Origin: Candidatus Tyrphobacter sp.
GTDB taxonomy: Bacteria; Vulcanimicrobiota; Vulcanimicrobiia; Vulcanimicrobiales; Vulcanimicrobiaceae
Direction: 5' to 3'
Assembly (NCBI GenBank): GCA_050733755.1
Contig: JBOHTS010000013.1
Coordinates: forward strand, 38,562-102,561
Length of the DNA stretch: 64,000 nucleotides
The position numbers and the translations under genes were made by a program. The notes beneath the pieces were generated by a model. The model was not told where the DNA came from. It saw nothing but the letters and a program-made list of their open reading frames with translations, and searched no databases. Shown here one piece after another: positions 1-8,823 of the stretch; the first letter of the stretch is position 1, and every line of letters begins with the position of its first letter.

Positions 1-439
1 GCTCGCCGCCGCCGTGGTGCTCGCACTCTTTGACGGTCGTCAGGCAGCGCTCGTTGCCTGCGCGATCGTCGCGGCAGGGCTCGTCGCGGGAACGATCGTT
101 CACGCGGCGGGCATTCTCGGCGGCGGCGACGTCAAGCTGCTCACCGGCGTCGGCGCGCTCGCCGGATACCCGGTCTGCATCGAGGTCGCGATCTACTGCG
201 CGCTCTGCGGCGGCATTCTCGCACTCGCCGTCTCGGCGGTGCGCGGCGAGCTGCCGGGCGTGCTCTCCCGCGTACGCTGCGGCGTCGCGGGCGCAATCGG
301 CTCTCGCAGCCTCTCGCTCGGCGCCGCTTCCGTTGCCGCGCGCGGGCCGCGCATTCCCTACGCCGTTGCGATTGCAAGCGGCTTCATCATCGCTCTTTTG
401 GGTGTCGCCATCTTTCCAGCCTTGAGGATCGTACAGTGA
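1..439 (+). CDS. Prepilin (Flp) peptidase, A24 family, TadV/CpaA-like; 5' end runs off the window
   Basis: Polytopic hydrophobic ORF with the second catalytic-Asp motif 'GGGDVKLL'. The frame is open back to nt 2. Its TGA overlaps the GTG of the next gene (GTGA at 436-439). Confidence 0.65.
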   Translation, partial: LAAAVVLALFDGRQAALVACAIVAAGLVAGTIVHAAGILGGGDVKLLTGVGALAGYPVCIEVAIYCALCGGILALAVSAVRGELPGVLSRVRCGVAGAIGSRSLSLGAASVAARGPRIPYAVAIASGFIIALLGVAIFPALRIVQ

Positions 440-1299
440 ACAACAAGCGCAACATGCTCCTCGTCGTCGCGGCGGTGCTCGCCGCCGGCGCCGGGCTTCT
501 GACGTTCAACTATCTCTCGTCGAGCCGACACGTCGCGAGCGTTCCGCCGCGGCCGGTGCTCGTCGCCGTGGCGAACATCCCGGCGCGCGCGTCGCTGACG
601 GGCGCGATGGTGAACGTCGTCATGCGTCCGAACACGGACGTTGACCCGGGTGCGCTCTCGTCGCCAAGCGAGATCTCCGGAGACATGGCGCTCGGTGCGA
701 TTCCGGCCGGCGCGACGATCACGTCTTCGAATACGGCCAAGGACGAGGCGCCCGCGCAGCCCGGGCTTCACATCATGCGCGGATACCTTGCGATCTCGAT
801 TCCGGTCGACGAGGTACGCGACGTCTCCGGGCTCGTGCAACCCGGCGACAAGGTCGACGTCATCGCCGTTCCGCCGCGCGTCGGGGACGCTCCGCCGAGC
901 GCATCGATCATTCTTCGCGACGTGACCGTCTTTGCAGTCGGCGGAACGCTTGCGCCGGAGACGCCGCCGACGCCCGCACCACCCGGAACGCAGCCCGTTC
1001 CGATCGTGCCGCGCTCCGTTACGCTCGAGGTAACGCCTCCTCAGGCAGATCTTCTCGCGATGGCCGATTTGAACGCGACCCTTCGCCTCGCGCTACGCCC
1101 GAAAGGCGATCGCGGCGGAGCGACGCAGGAGCTGATCTTCGCCTCCGAGCACGTCAGCGCGCCCGCTGCGGCGCCGTCGTCTTCGCAGGCGCCGCCTCGC
1201 ACGACGAACTCACCGCGTATCCCGTACTCGCCGGTTGAAATCATCGACGGAGATCAGATCGGCGGCTCGCCGGACTCCTACGGCAGCTCGACGAGATAG
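436..1299 (+). CDS. cpaB: Flp pilus assembly protein CpaB/RcpC (TM anchor + SAF domain)
   Basis: N-terminal anchor 'MLLVVAAVLAAGAGLLTFNYL' followed by SAF-like 'VLVAVANIPARASLTGAMV'. Sits directly after the prepilin peptidase. Confidence 0.8.
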   Translation: MNNKRNMLLVVAAVLAAGAGLLTFNYLSSSRHVASVPPRPVLVAVANIPARASLTGAMVNVVMRPNTDVDPGALSSPSEISGDMALGAIPAGATITSSNTAKDEAPAQPGLHIMRGYLAISIPVDEVRDVSGLVQPGDKVDVIAVPPRVGDAPPSASIILRDVTVFAVGGTLAPETPPTPAPPGTQPVPIVPRSVTLEVTPPQADLLAMADLNATLRLALRPKGDRGGATQELIFASEHVSAPAAAPSSSQAPPRTTNSPRIPYSPVEIIDGDQIGGSPDSYGSSTR

Positions 1300-1304
1300 G
1301 CGTC

Positions 1305-3383
1305 ATGCCCGACATCTACTTCATCGTTGGCTCGAAAGGCGGCGTCGGCGCGACGACCCTTGCGCAGCACGTCGCAACGGCGTTCGCGAAGGGCGGCGCG
1401 TCCACGCTCCTCGTCGACGGGGATCTCTCCGGCCGCCGCGCCGGCGCCGTTCTCTTCAACGCGATCGCAAAGATCGACGCGCGGCGTGCGCAGGACGAGT
1501 TTGCACTCGCGGAAGTCGCACCGAATCTCGCGCTCTTCGAGCTCGCCGCGTCCGTCCACGACGGCTTTACGATTAAATTCGAACGGATCGAGGATCTCCT
1601 GCGGCAGATCGCGGACTCGACGCAATACATCGTCGTCGATGCATCGCAGCCGTTTGCTGCCGCGGTGCGCCCGTTCGCGGTGCGTGCCTCGCAGTTCGTG
1701 CTCGCGGTGGAGCCGTCGATGCTCGGCATCACCGGCGGGCGCGTCATGCAGATCGAACTCTTGAAGTTCGGCGTTCCGGAGTCGCGTCTCTCGGCGGCGA
1801 TCGTCGCGCGCGACGCCCGCAATCGCGTGCCGACGCAGGAGATCGAACGCGCCCTCAAGGTGCGCATTGTCGGCGAAATTCCATCCGTCGACGATAAGAA
1901 GTTCGAGAAGGCCGTCGCGGCCTTCGCCGATTGCCTCAAGGGCGGCCCAAAGGCCGCAGACTTGCTCGTCCTGCAGCCGTCGACGAATACGCCGCTGGGA
2001 GAGCGTCGTCTCGTCGATCGGTCGAAGATGGGCAGCGCCGCGCCCGGTCAAAACGGGCGAGCGCACGACGTCGTCTCGGAGAAGCAGAAGAGCGCGCGTG
2101 CCGCGCTGAAGGCGGAGATCCATCGCGAGGTCTCCCGGCGCATCGATTTCGCCGCGATCGGCGCCAACGCCGACCCGTTGCGTTTGGAGCAGTTGCGATC
2201 GGAGATCGACGCGACGGTATCCGAGATCATCGGGCGCCACGAAAACGTCGGCTCGGCCGAAGACGTCGCGCGGCTGCGGATCGAGATCATCCACGAGTGC
2301 CTCGGCCTCGGCCCGCTCGAGGATCTCATGAGCGATCCGGCGGTCTCCGAGATCATGGTGAACGGCCCCGACAAAATTTACGTAGAACGGCGCGGACGCA
2401 TCGAGCTCTCGGGAATGCGATTCAACGACACGCATCAGCTGCGCCTCGTCATCGAGCGCATCATCTCGCCGATCGGCCGCCATATCGACGAAGCCGTTCC
2501 GATGGTCGACGCGCGGCTCGCCGACGGATCTCGCGTCAACGCGACGATCGAGCCGCTCTCCGTCGACTATCCGACGATTACGATCAGACGCTTTGCGAAG
2601 GATCGCCTGACGACGGACGATCTCGTCGCGAAGGGATCCCTCTCTCCCGAGATGGCCGACCTCTTGCGTGCGGCCGTCGAGTCGCGCCTGAACATCGTCA
2701 TCAGCGGCGGCACCGGCTCGGGAAAGACGACGCTCCTCAACGTGCTCTCCGGATACATTCCGCCGGACGAGCGCATCATCACGATCGAGGACGCCGCCGA
2801 ACTTCAGCTTCACCAAGATCACGTCGTGCGCATGGAGGCTCGGCCCGCGAACGTCGAAGGCCGCGGCGCGATTCCCATCCGCGAGCTCGTCCGTAACTCG
2901 CTGCGCATGCGTCCCGACCGCATCGTCGTCGGCGAGTGCCGCAGCGGCGAAGCGCTCGACATGCTTCAGGCCATGAACACCGGCCACGACGGATCGCTCA
3001 CGACGATTCACGCGAATACGCCGCGCGACTGCCTCTCGCGCATCGAGACCATGGTCCTCATGGCCGGCTTCGAAATTCCCGTCCGCGCGATCCGCGAGCA
3101 GGTTGCAAGCGCCGTCGACGTGATCGTGCAGACGTCGCGGTTGCGCGACGGCGCGCGTAAGGTCACGTCGATCGCCGAGGTCGTCGGCATGGAGGGCGAC
3201 ATCATTTCGACGCAGGAGATCGTGCGCTTCGATCAGCGCGGTCTCGACAAAGAGGGCAAGCTGACCGGAAGCTTCGTCTATACCGGCGTGCAGCCGAACT
3301 TCATGCGCCGCTTCGAAGAGTACGGGATCAGCTTCCAAGTCGAGCGGTTGAGCCAGATGCAGCTCTCCGTCGCGTCGTGGTGA
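1305..3383 (+). CDS. Fusion of a CpaE/TadZ-like MinD/ParA-fold domain with the CpaF/TadA secretion ATPase (692 aa)
   Basis: N-terminal part: 'IVGSKGGVGATTLA...LLVDGDL'. C-terminal part: 'GGTGSGKTTLLNVL', 'RIITIEDAAEL', 'RMRPDRIVVGECRSGEALDMLQAMNTGHDGSLTTIHAN'. One uninterrupted ORF. Confidence 0.85.
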   Translation: MPDIYFIVGSKGGVGATTLAQHVATAFAKGGASTLLVDGDLSGRRAGAVLFNAIAKIDARRAQDEFALAEVAPNLALFELAASVHDGFTIKFERIEDLLRQIADSTQYIVVDASQPFAAAVRPFAVRASQFVLAVEPSMLGITGGRVMQIELLKFGVPESRLSAAIVARDARNRVPTQEIERALKVRIVGEIPSVDDKKFEKAVAAFADCLKGGPKAADLLVLQPSTNTPLGERRLVDRSKMGSAAPGQNGRAHDVVSEKQKSARAALKAEIHREVSRRIDFAAIGANADPLRLEQLRSEIDATVSEIIGRHENVGSAEDVARLRIEIIHECLGLGPLEDLMSDPAVSEIMVNGPDKIYVERRGRIELSGMRFNDTHQLRLVIERIISPIGRHIDEAVPMVDARLADGSRVNATIEPLSVDYPTITIRRFAKDRLTTDDLVAKGSLSPEMADLLRAAVESRLNIVISGGTGSGKTTLLNVLSGYIPPDERIITIEDAAELQLHQDHVVRMEARPANVEGRGAIPIRELVRNSLRMRPDRIVVGECRSGEALDMLQAMNTGHDGSLTTIHANTPRDCLSRIETMVLMAGFEIPVRAIREQVASAVDVIVQTSRLRDGARKVTSIAEVVGMEGDIISTQEIVRFDQRGLDKEGKLTGSFVYTGVQPNFMRRFEEYGISFQVERLSQMQLSVASW

Positions 3384-3387
3384 TTCG

Positions 3388-4248
3388 ATGAACGGGGCGC
3401 TTCCGATCGTCGCGCTCGTCGGTGTCGGCGGGCTCGTCGCGGTGAGCTGCGTCGTCTTTTGGGACCGGCTCCTCGCCTGGGTTGCGTTGCACCTCGAGCC
3501 GTACCGCCGGATGCTCGAGCGCGCCGCAATTCCGATCAAGGCCGAAGAGCTGGCGATGATGGTCGTCGTCGCGGCGATCATCCCGTGGGGAATCCTCGCG
3601 TTCGTCATCAAGCCGTCGCCGATCGTCGGCATACTCATGCTCGTCGCGACGTCGGCCGTCGCGTTCGGCGCCGTGCGTACGTACGTCAATATGAAGATCG
3701 GCAAGCGTCTGGCGACGTTCAACAACCAGCTCGAGCTCGTCTTGCGCCTCATCACTGGTGCCCTGCGGGTCGGCCTCGGTCTTCGGCAGGCGCTCCTCAC
3801 CGTCGTTTCGGATATGCCGGATCCGGCGCGAATCGAGTTCTCGCGCGTGCTCAGTCAAACGCAGATCGGCGTGAGCGTCTACGACGCGCTCGATCAGCTC
3901 GCGGAACGCATGCCGTCGAGCGAGATCGCGATGATGACGCGCTCGATCCGCATCCAGAGCGCAACGGGCGGCAACCTCGGCCGCGTGCTCGAGAACCTCG
4001 CGGAGACGATCAAGCAGCGCCGCAAGCTCAATCGGAAGATCGCCGCCCTCACCTCGGAGGCGAAGTTCACGAAGTACATCATCTCCGCATTGCCGATCGG
4101 CGTCGGAATCTTCATCATGGTGATGGAACCCGATATGCGGGAGGGGCTCATCTCGACGCTCTTGGGCAGAATCTGTCTCGTCGTCGTCGCCGGCCTCATT
4201 GCGCTAGGGTGGTTCATCTTCGGCCGGCTCTCGGTGCTGGACATATAG
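3388..4248 (+). CDS. tadB: Tad pilus platform protein TadB (T2SS-F family)
   Basis: TM segments plus a T2SSF-type core 'ALRVGLGLRQALLTVVSDMPDPARIEFSRVL...IRIQSATGGNLGRVLENLAETIKQRRKL'. Follows the ATPase by 4 nt. Confidence 0.8.
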   Translation: MNGALPIVALVGVGGLVAVSCVVFWDRLLAWVALHLEPYRRMLERAAIPIKAEELAMMVVVAAIIPWGILAFVIKPSPIVGILMLVATSAVAFGAVRTYVNMKIGKRLATFNNQLELVLRLITGALRVGLGLRQALLTVVSDMPDPARIEFSRVLSQTQIGVSVYDALDQLAERMPSSEIAMMTRSIRIQSATGGNLGRVLENLAETIKQRRKLNRKIAALTSEAKFTKYIISALPIGVGIFIMVMEPDMREGLISTLLGRICLVVVAGLIALGWFIFGRLSVLDI

Positions 4249-4257
4249 GGTCCTGCC

Positions 4258-5109
4258 GTGATTCCATTCGTCGTCGTCGTCATCGTCGCGCTCGCGCTCG
4301 GAGTCATCGTCTTTGCCGCGAAGAACTCGAACCGCGACGTCAAGAGCCGGCTCGCCGCAATCGATGCATCGGCGGGCCTCGGGCAGGCCGACGACTCGGC
4401 GAACATCTTCCAGCGTCTCGTCAACCAGCAGCACCACGACCGTCTCGACGTGCGGCTGCAAGAGGCCGGCTGGTACGACATGACGCCGGCGAAGCTCTTC
4501 GCGCGAGCGGGTACGTACGGCGCCGCGGGCGCGGGCGTCGGTGCGCTCTTCGTCGTGCTCCTCCATCTCTTTTCGATGCTCGGTCTCGTCATCGTCATCG
4601 CGGTCGCAGCGTTCGGTCTCTACAAGCCCTTCGCGTCGCTCGCGAACACGATCAACCGCCGCAAAACCAACGTCCGGCGCGCGCTGCCCGACTTTCTGGA
4701 CCTGCTCTCGAGCACCGTCGAGGCCGGCGTGGCCCTGAACGCGGCGATCTCCGTTGCCGCCGAGGGCATGGAGGGAGCGCTCGGTGACGAGCTGCGAACC
4801 GCGCTTTCCGACGTTCGTCTCGGGCGGTCGCGCGCGGAGGCGCTGACGGCGATGTCGACGCGCGTGCGCGAAACGGATCTCACAACCGTCGTCACGGCGC
4901 TCGTTCAGTCGGAGCGCGTCGGAGCGTCGATTACGCACGTCGTCGCTGAACTCGCCGCCGACTCGCGCGACCGGCGCATCATGCGCGCGGAAGAACTTGC
5001 GGCCGCGCTTTCGAACAAGCTCATCTTTCCGATGGCGCTCTGCATGCTGCCCGCCCTCTTCATCATGATCTTCGGCGGCGCGCTCGCGCGGTATTTGGTG
5101 CCGCACTGA
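4258..5109 (+). CDS. tadC: Tad pilus platform protein TadC (T2SS-F family)
   Basis: 'LPDFLDLLSSTVEAGVALNAAISVAAEGM...VQSERVGASITHVVAELAADSRDRR' with flanking TM helices. GTG start. Confidence 0.8.
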   Translation: MIPFVVVVIVALALGVIVFAAKNSNRDVKSRLAAIDASAGLGQADDSANIFQRLVNQQHHDRLDVRLQEAGWYDMTPAKLFARAGTYGAAGAGVGALFVVLLHLFSMLGLVIVIAVAAFGLYKPFASLANTINRRKTNVRRALPDFLDLLSSTVEAGVALNAAISVAAEGMEGALGDELRTALSDVRLGRSRAEALTAMSTRVRETDLTTVVTALVQSERVGASITHVVAELAADSRDRRIMRAEELAAALSNKLIFPMALCMLPALFIMIFGGALARYLVPH

Positions 5110-5717
5110 TGGGCGCGGCCATTGGATGGGCGTTCATCTTCGCGTGCGCCGCGACGTGCGGCGTCATCGCAGCGCATTTCTTGTGTTCGCGCATCGAGCC
5201 GGCTTCCGACGGACCGGCTCCGGTCGCGATGCATCCCGCCGTTCCGGTCGTCGCGTTCGCGCTCCTCGGCCTCGTCATCGCGGCGCGCGGCGGGGACGCG
5301 GCGCAACTCGGTACGATCGCGCTCCTGGGCGTGCCGCTCGTCGGCGCCTGGTACAGCGACGCTCGCACGGGGATCGTCCCCGACGTTTTCACGCTCGTTC
5401 CGCTCGGCATCATCGCCATCGACGTCCTCATCCACCACACGTGGTGGGTCGCAATCTCGGCGATCGTCGTCTTCGGCGCGTTCGCGCTCGCTGCGGCCTT
5501 CTCACGCGGACGCGGAATGGGATGGGGCGACGTGAAGCTCGCGATGCTCGTCGGGGCGGCGCTCGGGCTTCAGAGCTCGCTTCTCGTGCTCGCGATCGCG
5601 TGCTTTGCGGCGACGATCGTCTCGGTTCTTCGTAATCGGGGCACGAAACCGATTGCGTTTGCGCCGTATATCGTCGTCGTCATGCTCTTCGCATTCGGAG
5701 TCACCGTTCATGCGTAA
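5109..5717 (+). CDS. Second A24 prepilin peptidase (TadV/CpaA-like), complete
   Basis: Both catalytic-Asp motifs are present: 'SDARTGIVPD' and 'GMGWGDVKLAMLVG'. The ATG shares one nt with the tadC TGA (5107-5111). Confidence 0.8.
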   Translation: MGAAIGWAFIFACAATCGVIAAHFLCSRIEPASDGPAPVAMHPAVPVVAFALLGLVIAARGGDAAQLGTIALLGVPLVGAWYSDARTGIVPDVFTLVPLGIIAIDVLIHHTWWVAISAIVVFGAFALAAAFSRGRGMGWGDVKLAMLVGAALGLQSSLLVLAIACFAATIVSVLRNRGTKPIAFAPYIVVVMLFAFGVTVHA

Positions 5718-6057
5718 GGCGCCTTCCAGACCGAAGGCGCTCACCGTGACGCGCGCTCGATCGTGGCGCGCGCGTACGCTCGGGCTCATCGGCCGAACGA
5801 AACTCGGAGCACGGGACGGGATGCTCTTCGAGCGCTGCGCCGGAATCCACACGTTCTTCATGCGCGTTCCGATCGACGTCGTCTTTCTCGACGCGCAGCA
5901 CCGCGTCGTGCGAGCGGTGCGTTGCGTGCCGCCGTGGCGGCCGCTCGTCGCGTGCCGCGGCGCTCGGGCCGTCGTGGAGCTCGCTGCCGGAACGATCGAC
6001 CGGCGCCGAATCGACGACGGAGTTCGGCTCAAACTAACCGCGACCGCGCAAGCGTAA
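5710..6057 (+). CDS. DUF192 (COG1430) family protein
   Basis: 'ARTLGLIGRTKLGARDGMLFERCAGIHTFFMRVPIDVVFLD...VVELAAGT' is the typical DUF192 core. I chose the internal ATG at 5710, which overlaps the peptidase end by 8 nt. The track ORF starts at 5605. Confidence 0.65.
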   Translation: MRKAPSRPKALTVTRARSWRARTLGLIGRTKLGARDGMLFERCAGIHTFFMRVPIDVVFLDAQHRVVRAVRCVPPWRPLVACRGARAVVELAAGTIDRRRIDDGVRLKLTATAQA

Positions 6058-6094
6058 ACCTTTCGTAAAAATCGCCTCGGTGGGCCGCTAGGCA

Positions 6095-7570
6095 ATGAAG
6101 CTCGCCTGCCGAGCAGACGATGCTCTATCTATGATGACGATTCGCCGCCCGCGGCTTCTCGAATGGCTGGAGGCTCGCGCGCAGAGCCGTCTCCGCGCCG
6201 TCATCGCGCCTCCCGGATCCGGCAAAACGGTGCTCCTCAAAGAGTACGCGCACGAGCGCGGCTGCACGTACGTTGCGGTCGGAAGCACGCGGCGTATGAG
6301 CGACAGATTTGCGGCGAGCCTCTGCGAACGCCTCGGGTTGCCGGCAGAGGCCGGCCTCACCACGCAGGGTACGATCGCGGCGCTCGAGTCCATGGCTTCG
6401 TGCGAGATCGTCATCGACGAGGTCGATGCGTTGCGCGCGGAGGATCGCCAGTCGCTCGCGGAGATCGCCGCCTGCGCTCCCGCGCACGTTCGTCTGATCG
6501 TCGGAGCTCGCTGCGCGGAGGGACTCGTAACGCCGCGAACCCTTCTCGATGGAAGCGTCGCGATGCTGGGCGCGAAGGCGCTCGCGTTCACTGCGGCCGA
6601 CGTCGAAGCACTCTGCACGGCGCTGCAGGTTCGCGCGGAACCCGAAGACGTGGCGCGGCTCCTGCGCGAGAGCGAAGGATGGGCGCTCGCTGCGGCCGGC
6701 GCCGCTCGCGGCGCGGCAGAGGCGAGCCGGACGCTCGAAAACGCGATGAAACTCTGGACCAAAGAGCGCGGAGGCACGCTGCGCGAGATGGTGCTCGCCG
6801 ATGCCGGCGAGTGCGATCTCGGCGCCACGCTCGTCCGTCTCTGTACGTCCGAGGCACTCGTTTGCGTGCAAGATCTCCAGGAACTCGAGCGGGCGGGACT
6901 CTACGTGCACGAGGGCGATCGCGGCCTCTCGCTGCTCAAAGCGGTCGCCGCGGTCTTTGCACAAAGCGGTGAGCCGCTCGCCCCGTGCGATCTTCCGGAT
7001 CTCGCGCCGATGTTCGTGCAGCTGCTCGGCGAGTTCGACGTTCGAATCGCCGGGCGCCGCGTGCAGTGGGTGCGGCGCAAAGACGCGATGCTCTTCAAGT
7101 ATCTCTTGCTCGAACCGCTCGGCCGCGCGTCGCGTTCCGAACTCTGCGAACGCTTTTGGCCGACGCACGACCGCCAGCAGGCATCGCAGAACCTGCGGAC
7201 GACCTGCTGCAACATTCGGGCCGCGCTGCGCCGGTGCGTTCCGGAGTCGCGCGTCGACCTCTACTTCAGCACCGCCGGGCGCGACATCGTGCTCCGTAAC
7301 GATCTCGCCATCACCGATCTCTCGCGCTTCGCGAGCCGCATGGCGGCTGCGCGAGAGGCGATGGCAGGCCAACGTCTCGACCGCGCTGCGGAGGCATACG
7401 AAGCGGCGCGCGCGCTCTACCGCGGCCCACTCATCGTCGATCCGCCGAACGACGCACACGCGGCGATCGCGCGCGACGTCGACGAGAGCTTCAACGAGAT
7501 CCAGCGGCACCTCACGGCGTTGCGGCGCCTGTGCGCCGACTCCGTGCCCTGCCAGACGATCGTCGCCTAG
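6095..7570 (+). CDS. Transcriptional regulator: N-terminal P-loop NTPase + C-terminal SARP winged-helix + BTAD
   Basis: Walker A 'APPGSGKTVLL', Walker B-like 'EIVIDEVDAL', SARP wHTH 'VQLLGEFDVRIAGRRV...KDAMLFKYLLLEPLGRASRSELCERFWP' and BTAD 'AAEAYEAARALYRGPL'. The start may instead be at 6131. Confidence 0.7.
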   Translation: MKLACRADDALSMMTIRRPRLLEWLEARAQSRLRAVIAPPGSGKTVLLKEYAHERGCTYVAVGSTRRMSDRFAASLCERLGLPAEAGLTTQGTIAALESMASCEIVIDEVDALRAEDRQSLAEIAACAPAHVRLIVGARCAEGLVTPRTLLDGSVAMLGAKALAFTAADVEALCTALQVRAEPEDVARLLRESEGWALAAAGAARGAAEASRTLENAMKLWTKERGGTLREMVLADAGECDLGATLVRLCTSEALVCVQDLQELERAGLYVHEGDRGLSLLKAVAAVFAQSGEPLAPCDLPDLAPMFVQLLGEFDVRIAGRRVQWVRRKDAMLFKYLLLEPLGRASRSELCERFWPTHDRQQASQNLRTTCCNIRAALRRCVPESRVDLYFSTAGRDIVLRNDLAITDLSRFASRMAAAREAMAGQRLDRAAEAYEAARALYRGPLIVDPPNDAHAAIARDVDESFNEIQRHLTALRRLCADSVPCQTIVA

Positions 7571-7574
7571 CGCG

Positions 7575-8822
7575 CTAGCGCGCGACGAGCGCGCGAACGA
7601 TTTGCGGCCACGACGGCGTGCGCCCGTAGAGAAGCATCCCGACGCGATAGAGACGCCCGCCGGCCATCGCGAAGAGCACGATGGTGGCGACGTCGATGAT
7701 TCCCGCAGCGGCAATCTGCAGCGGCGGCACGTTCGACACGGCGATACGCGCGAACATGACGAGCGGAGAGAGAATCGGGACGAAGCTGCACGCGACGACG
7801 AATGGGGCGTGCGGGCTCGTTAGACCGACGATCGCAACCAAGAACGCGACGATCACGGGCAGAAAAAGGGGGCCGCTCACCGATCCGAGATCCTCGGTGC
7901 GGTTCACGAGCGAGCCGGCCCCGGCGAAGATCACCGACATCGCAAGAAAACCGAGCACGAAGAAGATGACGAACCCCGCGATCGTCGCAGGCGAGAGCGC
8001 GGCAAAGATGCCGGCTTCGATTCCGCCGATATGCGACGAGGCGGCGCTGGCAGAGAATCGGCCGAGGTCGGGGCCCGAACCGAACGAGAGCGCGCCGCCG
8101 ATGACGATCCAGGTCGCCATTTGCAGTGCCGCGAGCAGCGTCGACGCGACGATCTTCGCGACGAGCAGCGTCGTGAGATCGACGCTCGAGACGAGGATCT
8201 CCGCGACGCGGCTCGTCTTCTCCTCGGCAACGGACGTCAGCACGAGCTGACTGTTGAAGATGATGAGCATGTACAGCAGCATGAGAAGAAGATACGCAAC
8301 GCCGTGCGCGGCGATCGAGGCGGCCGCATTCGAAAAGCGCGCCGTTACCGACCGGACCGCGATGGGAAACGAGACCTCCCTTGCCATCTCCGCCGGCGAG
8401 CGATTCGTACGGAGCGCGAGCTCGAGCGGAAGCAAACGCCCGCGAATACCGGAGATATCGACGTTCGCCGGGTCGGCCGCGTAGGCGGTGACGCCGAGGC
8501 CGTTGCCGCGCTGCGAGACGACGAGTGCGGCGCCGACGTGCCAGCGACGCAGCGACGCTTCGTCCGGTGCGCGGCCGATCGAGACGACGCGCATGTCGTA
8601 TCCGCCGTCACGCGAGAGCAGCGTCCGCGCTTGCGACACGATTGCCGGCGGGCCGGAGATCGCAAGCGAGTGGGACTCGCTTCCTTGCATCGCCATGATT
8701 AATGCCGGCAGACGCGTCACGAGCGCGATGCCGATGCCGCCGAGGAGAAGCCCAACGATGAACGCGCGGGAGCGCAACCGTCGCATGAGTTCTGCAGACA
8801 AGATCGTCGCGAAGAGGTCCAA
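7575..8822 (-). CDS. ABC-2 type transporter permease (NatB-like)
   Basis: N-terminal TM, a large extracytoplasmic loop, then 5 C-terminal TM helices. Lies 1 nt downstream of the ABC ATPase. Confidence 0.75.
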   Translation of the reverse strand: MDLFATILSAELMRRLRSRAFIVGLLLGGIGIALVTRLPALIMAMQGSESHSLAISGPPAIVSQARTLLSRDGGYDMRVVSIGRAPDEASLRRWHVGAALVVSQRGNGLGVTAYAADPANVDISGIRGRLLPLELALRTNRSPAEMAREVSFPIAVRSVTARFSNAAASIAAHGVAYLLLMLLYMLIIFNSQLVLTSVAEEKTSRVAEILVSSVDLTTLLVAKIVASTLLAALQMATWIVIGGALSFGSGPDLGRFSASAASSHIGGIEAGIFAALSPATIAGFVIFFVLGFLAMSVIFAGAGSLVNRTEDLGSVSGPLFLPVIVAFLVAIVGLTSPHAPFVVACSFVPILSPLVMFARIAVSNVPPLQIAAAGIIDVATIVLFAMAGGRLYRVGMLLYGRTPSWPQIVRALVAR

Positions 8823-8823
8823 C

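Noticed and set aside
1278-3800. 840-aa minus-strand ORF antisense to the cpaE::cpaF and tadB genes
   Set aside because: It is an Arg/Ala/Asp-rich, low-complexity translation with no recognisable motifs. It lies exactly opposite a gene with strong ATPase motifs. This is the typical high-GC shadow ORF.
7040-7048. GTTCGAATC (tRNA T-arm-like string); also at 32988-32996
   Set aside because: Both lie inside well-supported CDSs, and no acceptor, D or anticodon arms can be drawn around them. I found no tRNA genes in the window.
6125-7714. 529-aa minus-strand ORF opposite the ATPase-SARP regulator
   Set aside because: Same shadow-ORF character (R/A/E-rich, no motifs). The plus-strand frame carries Walker A, wHTH and BTAD signatures.
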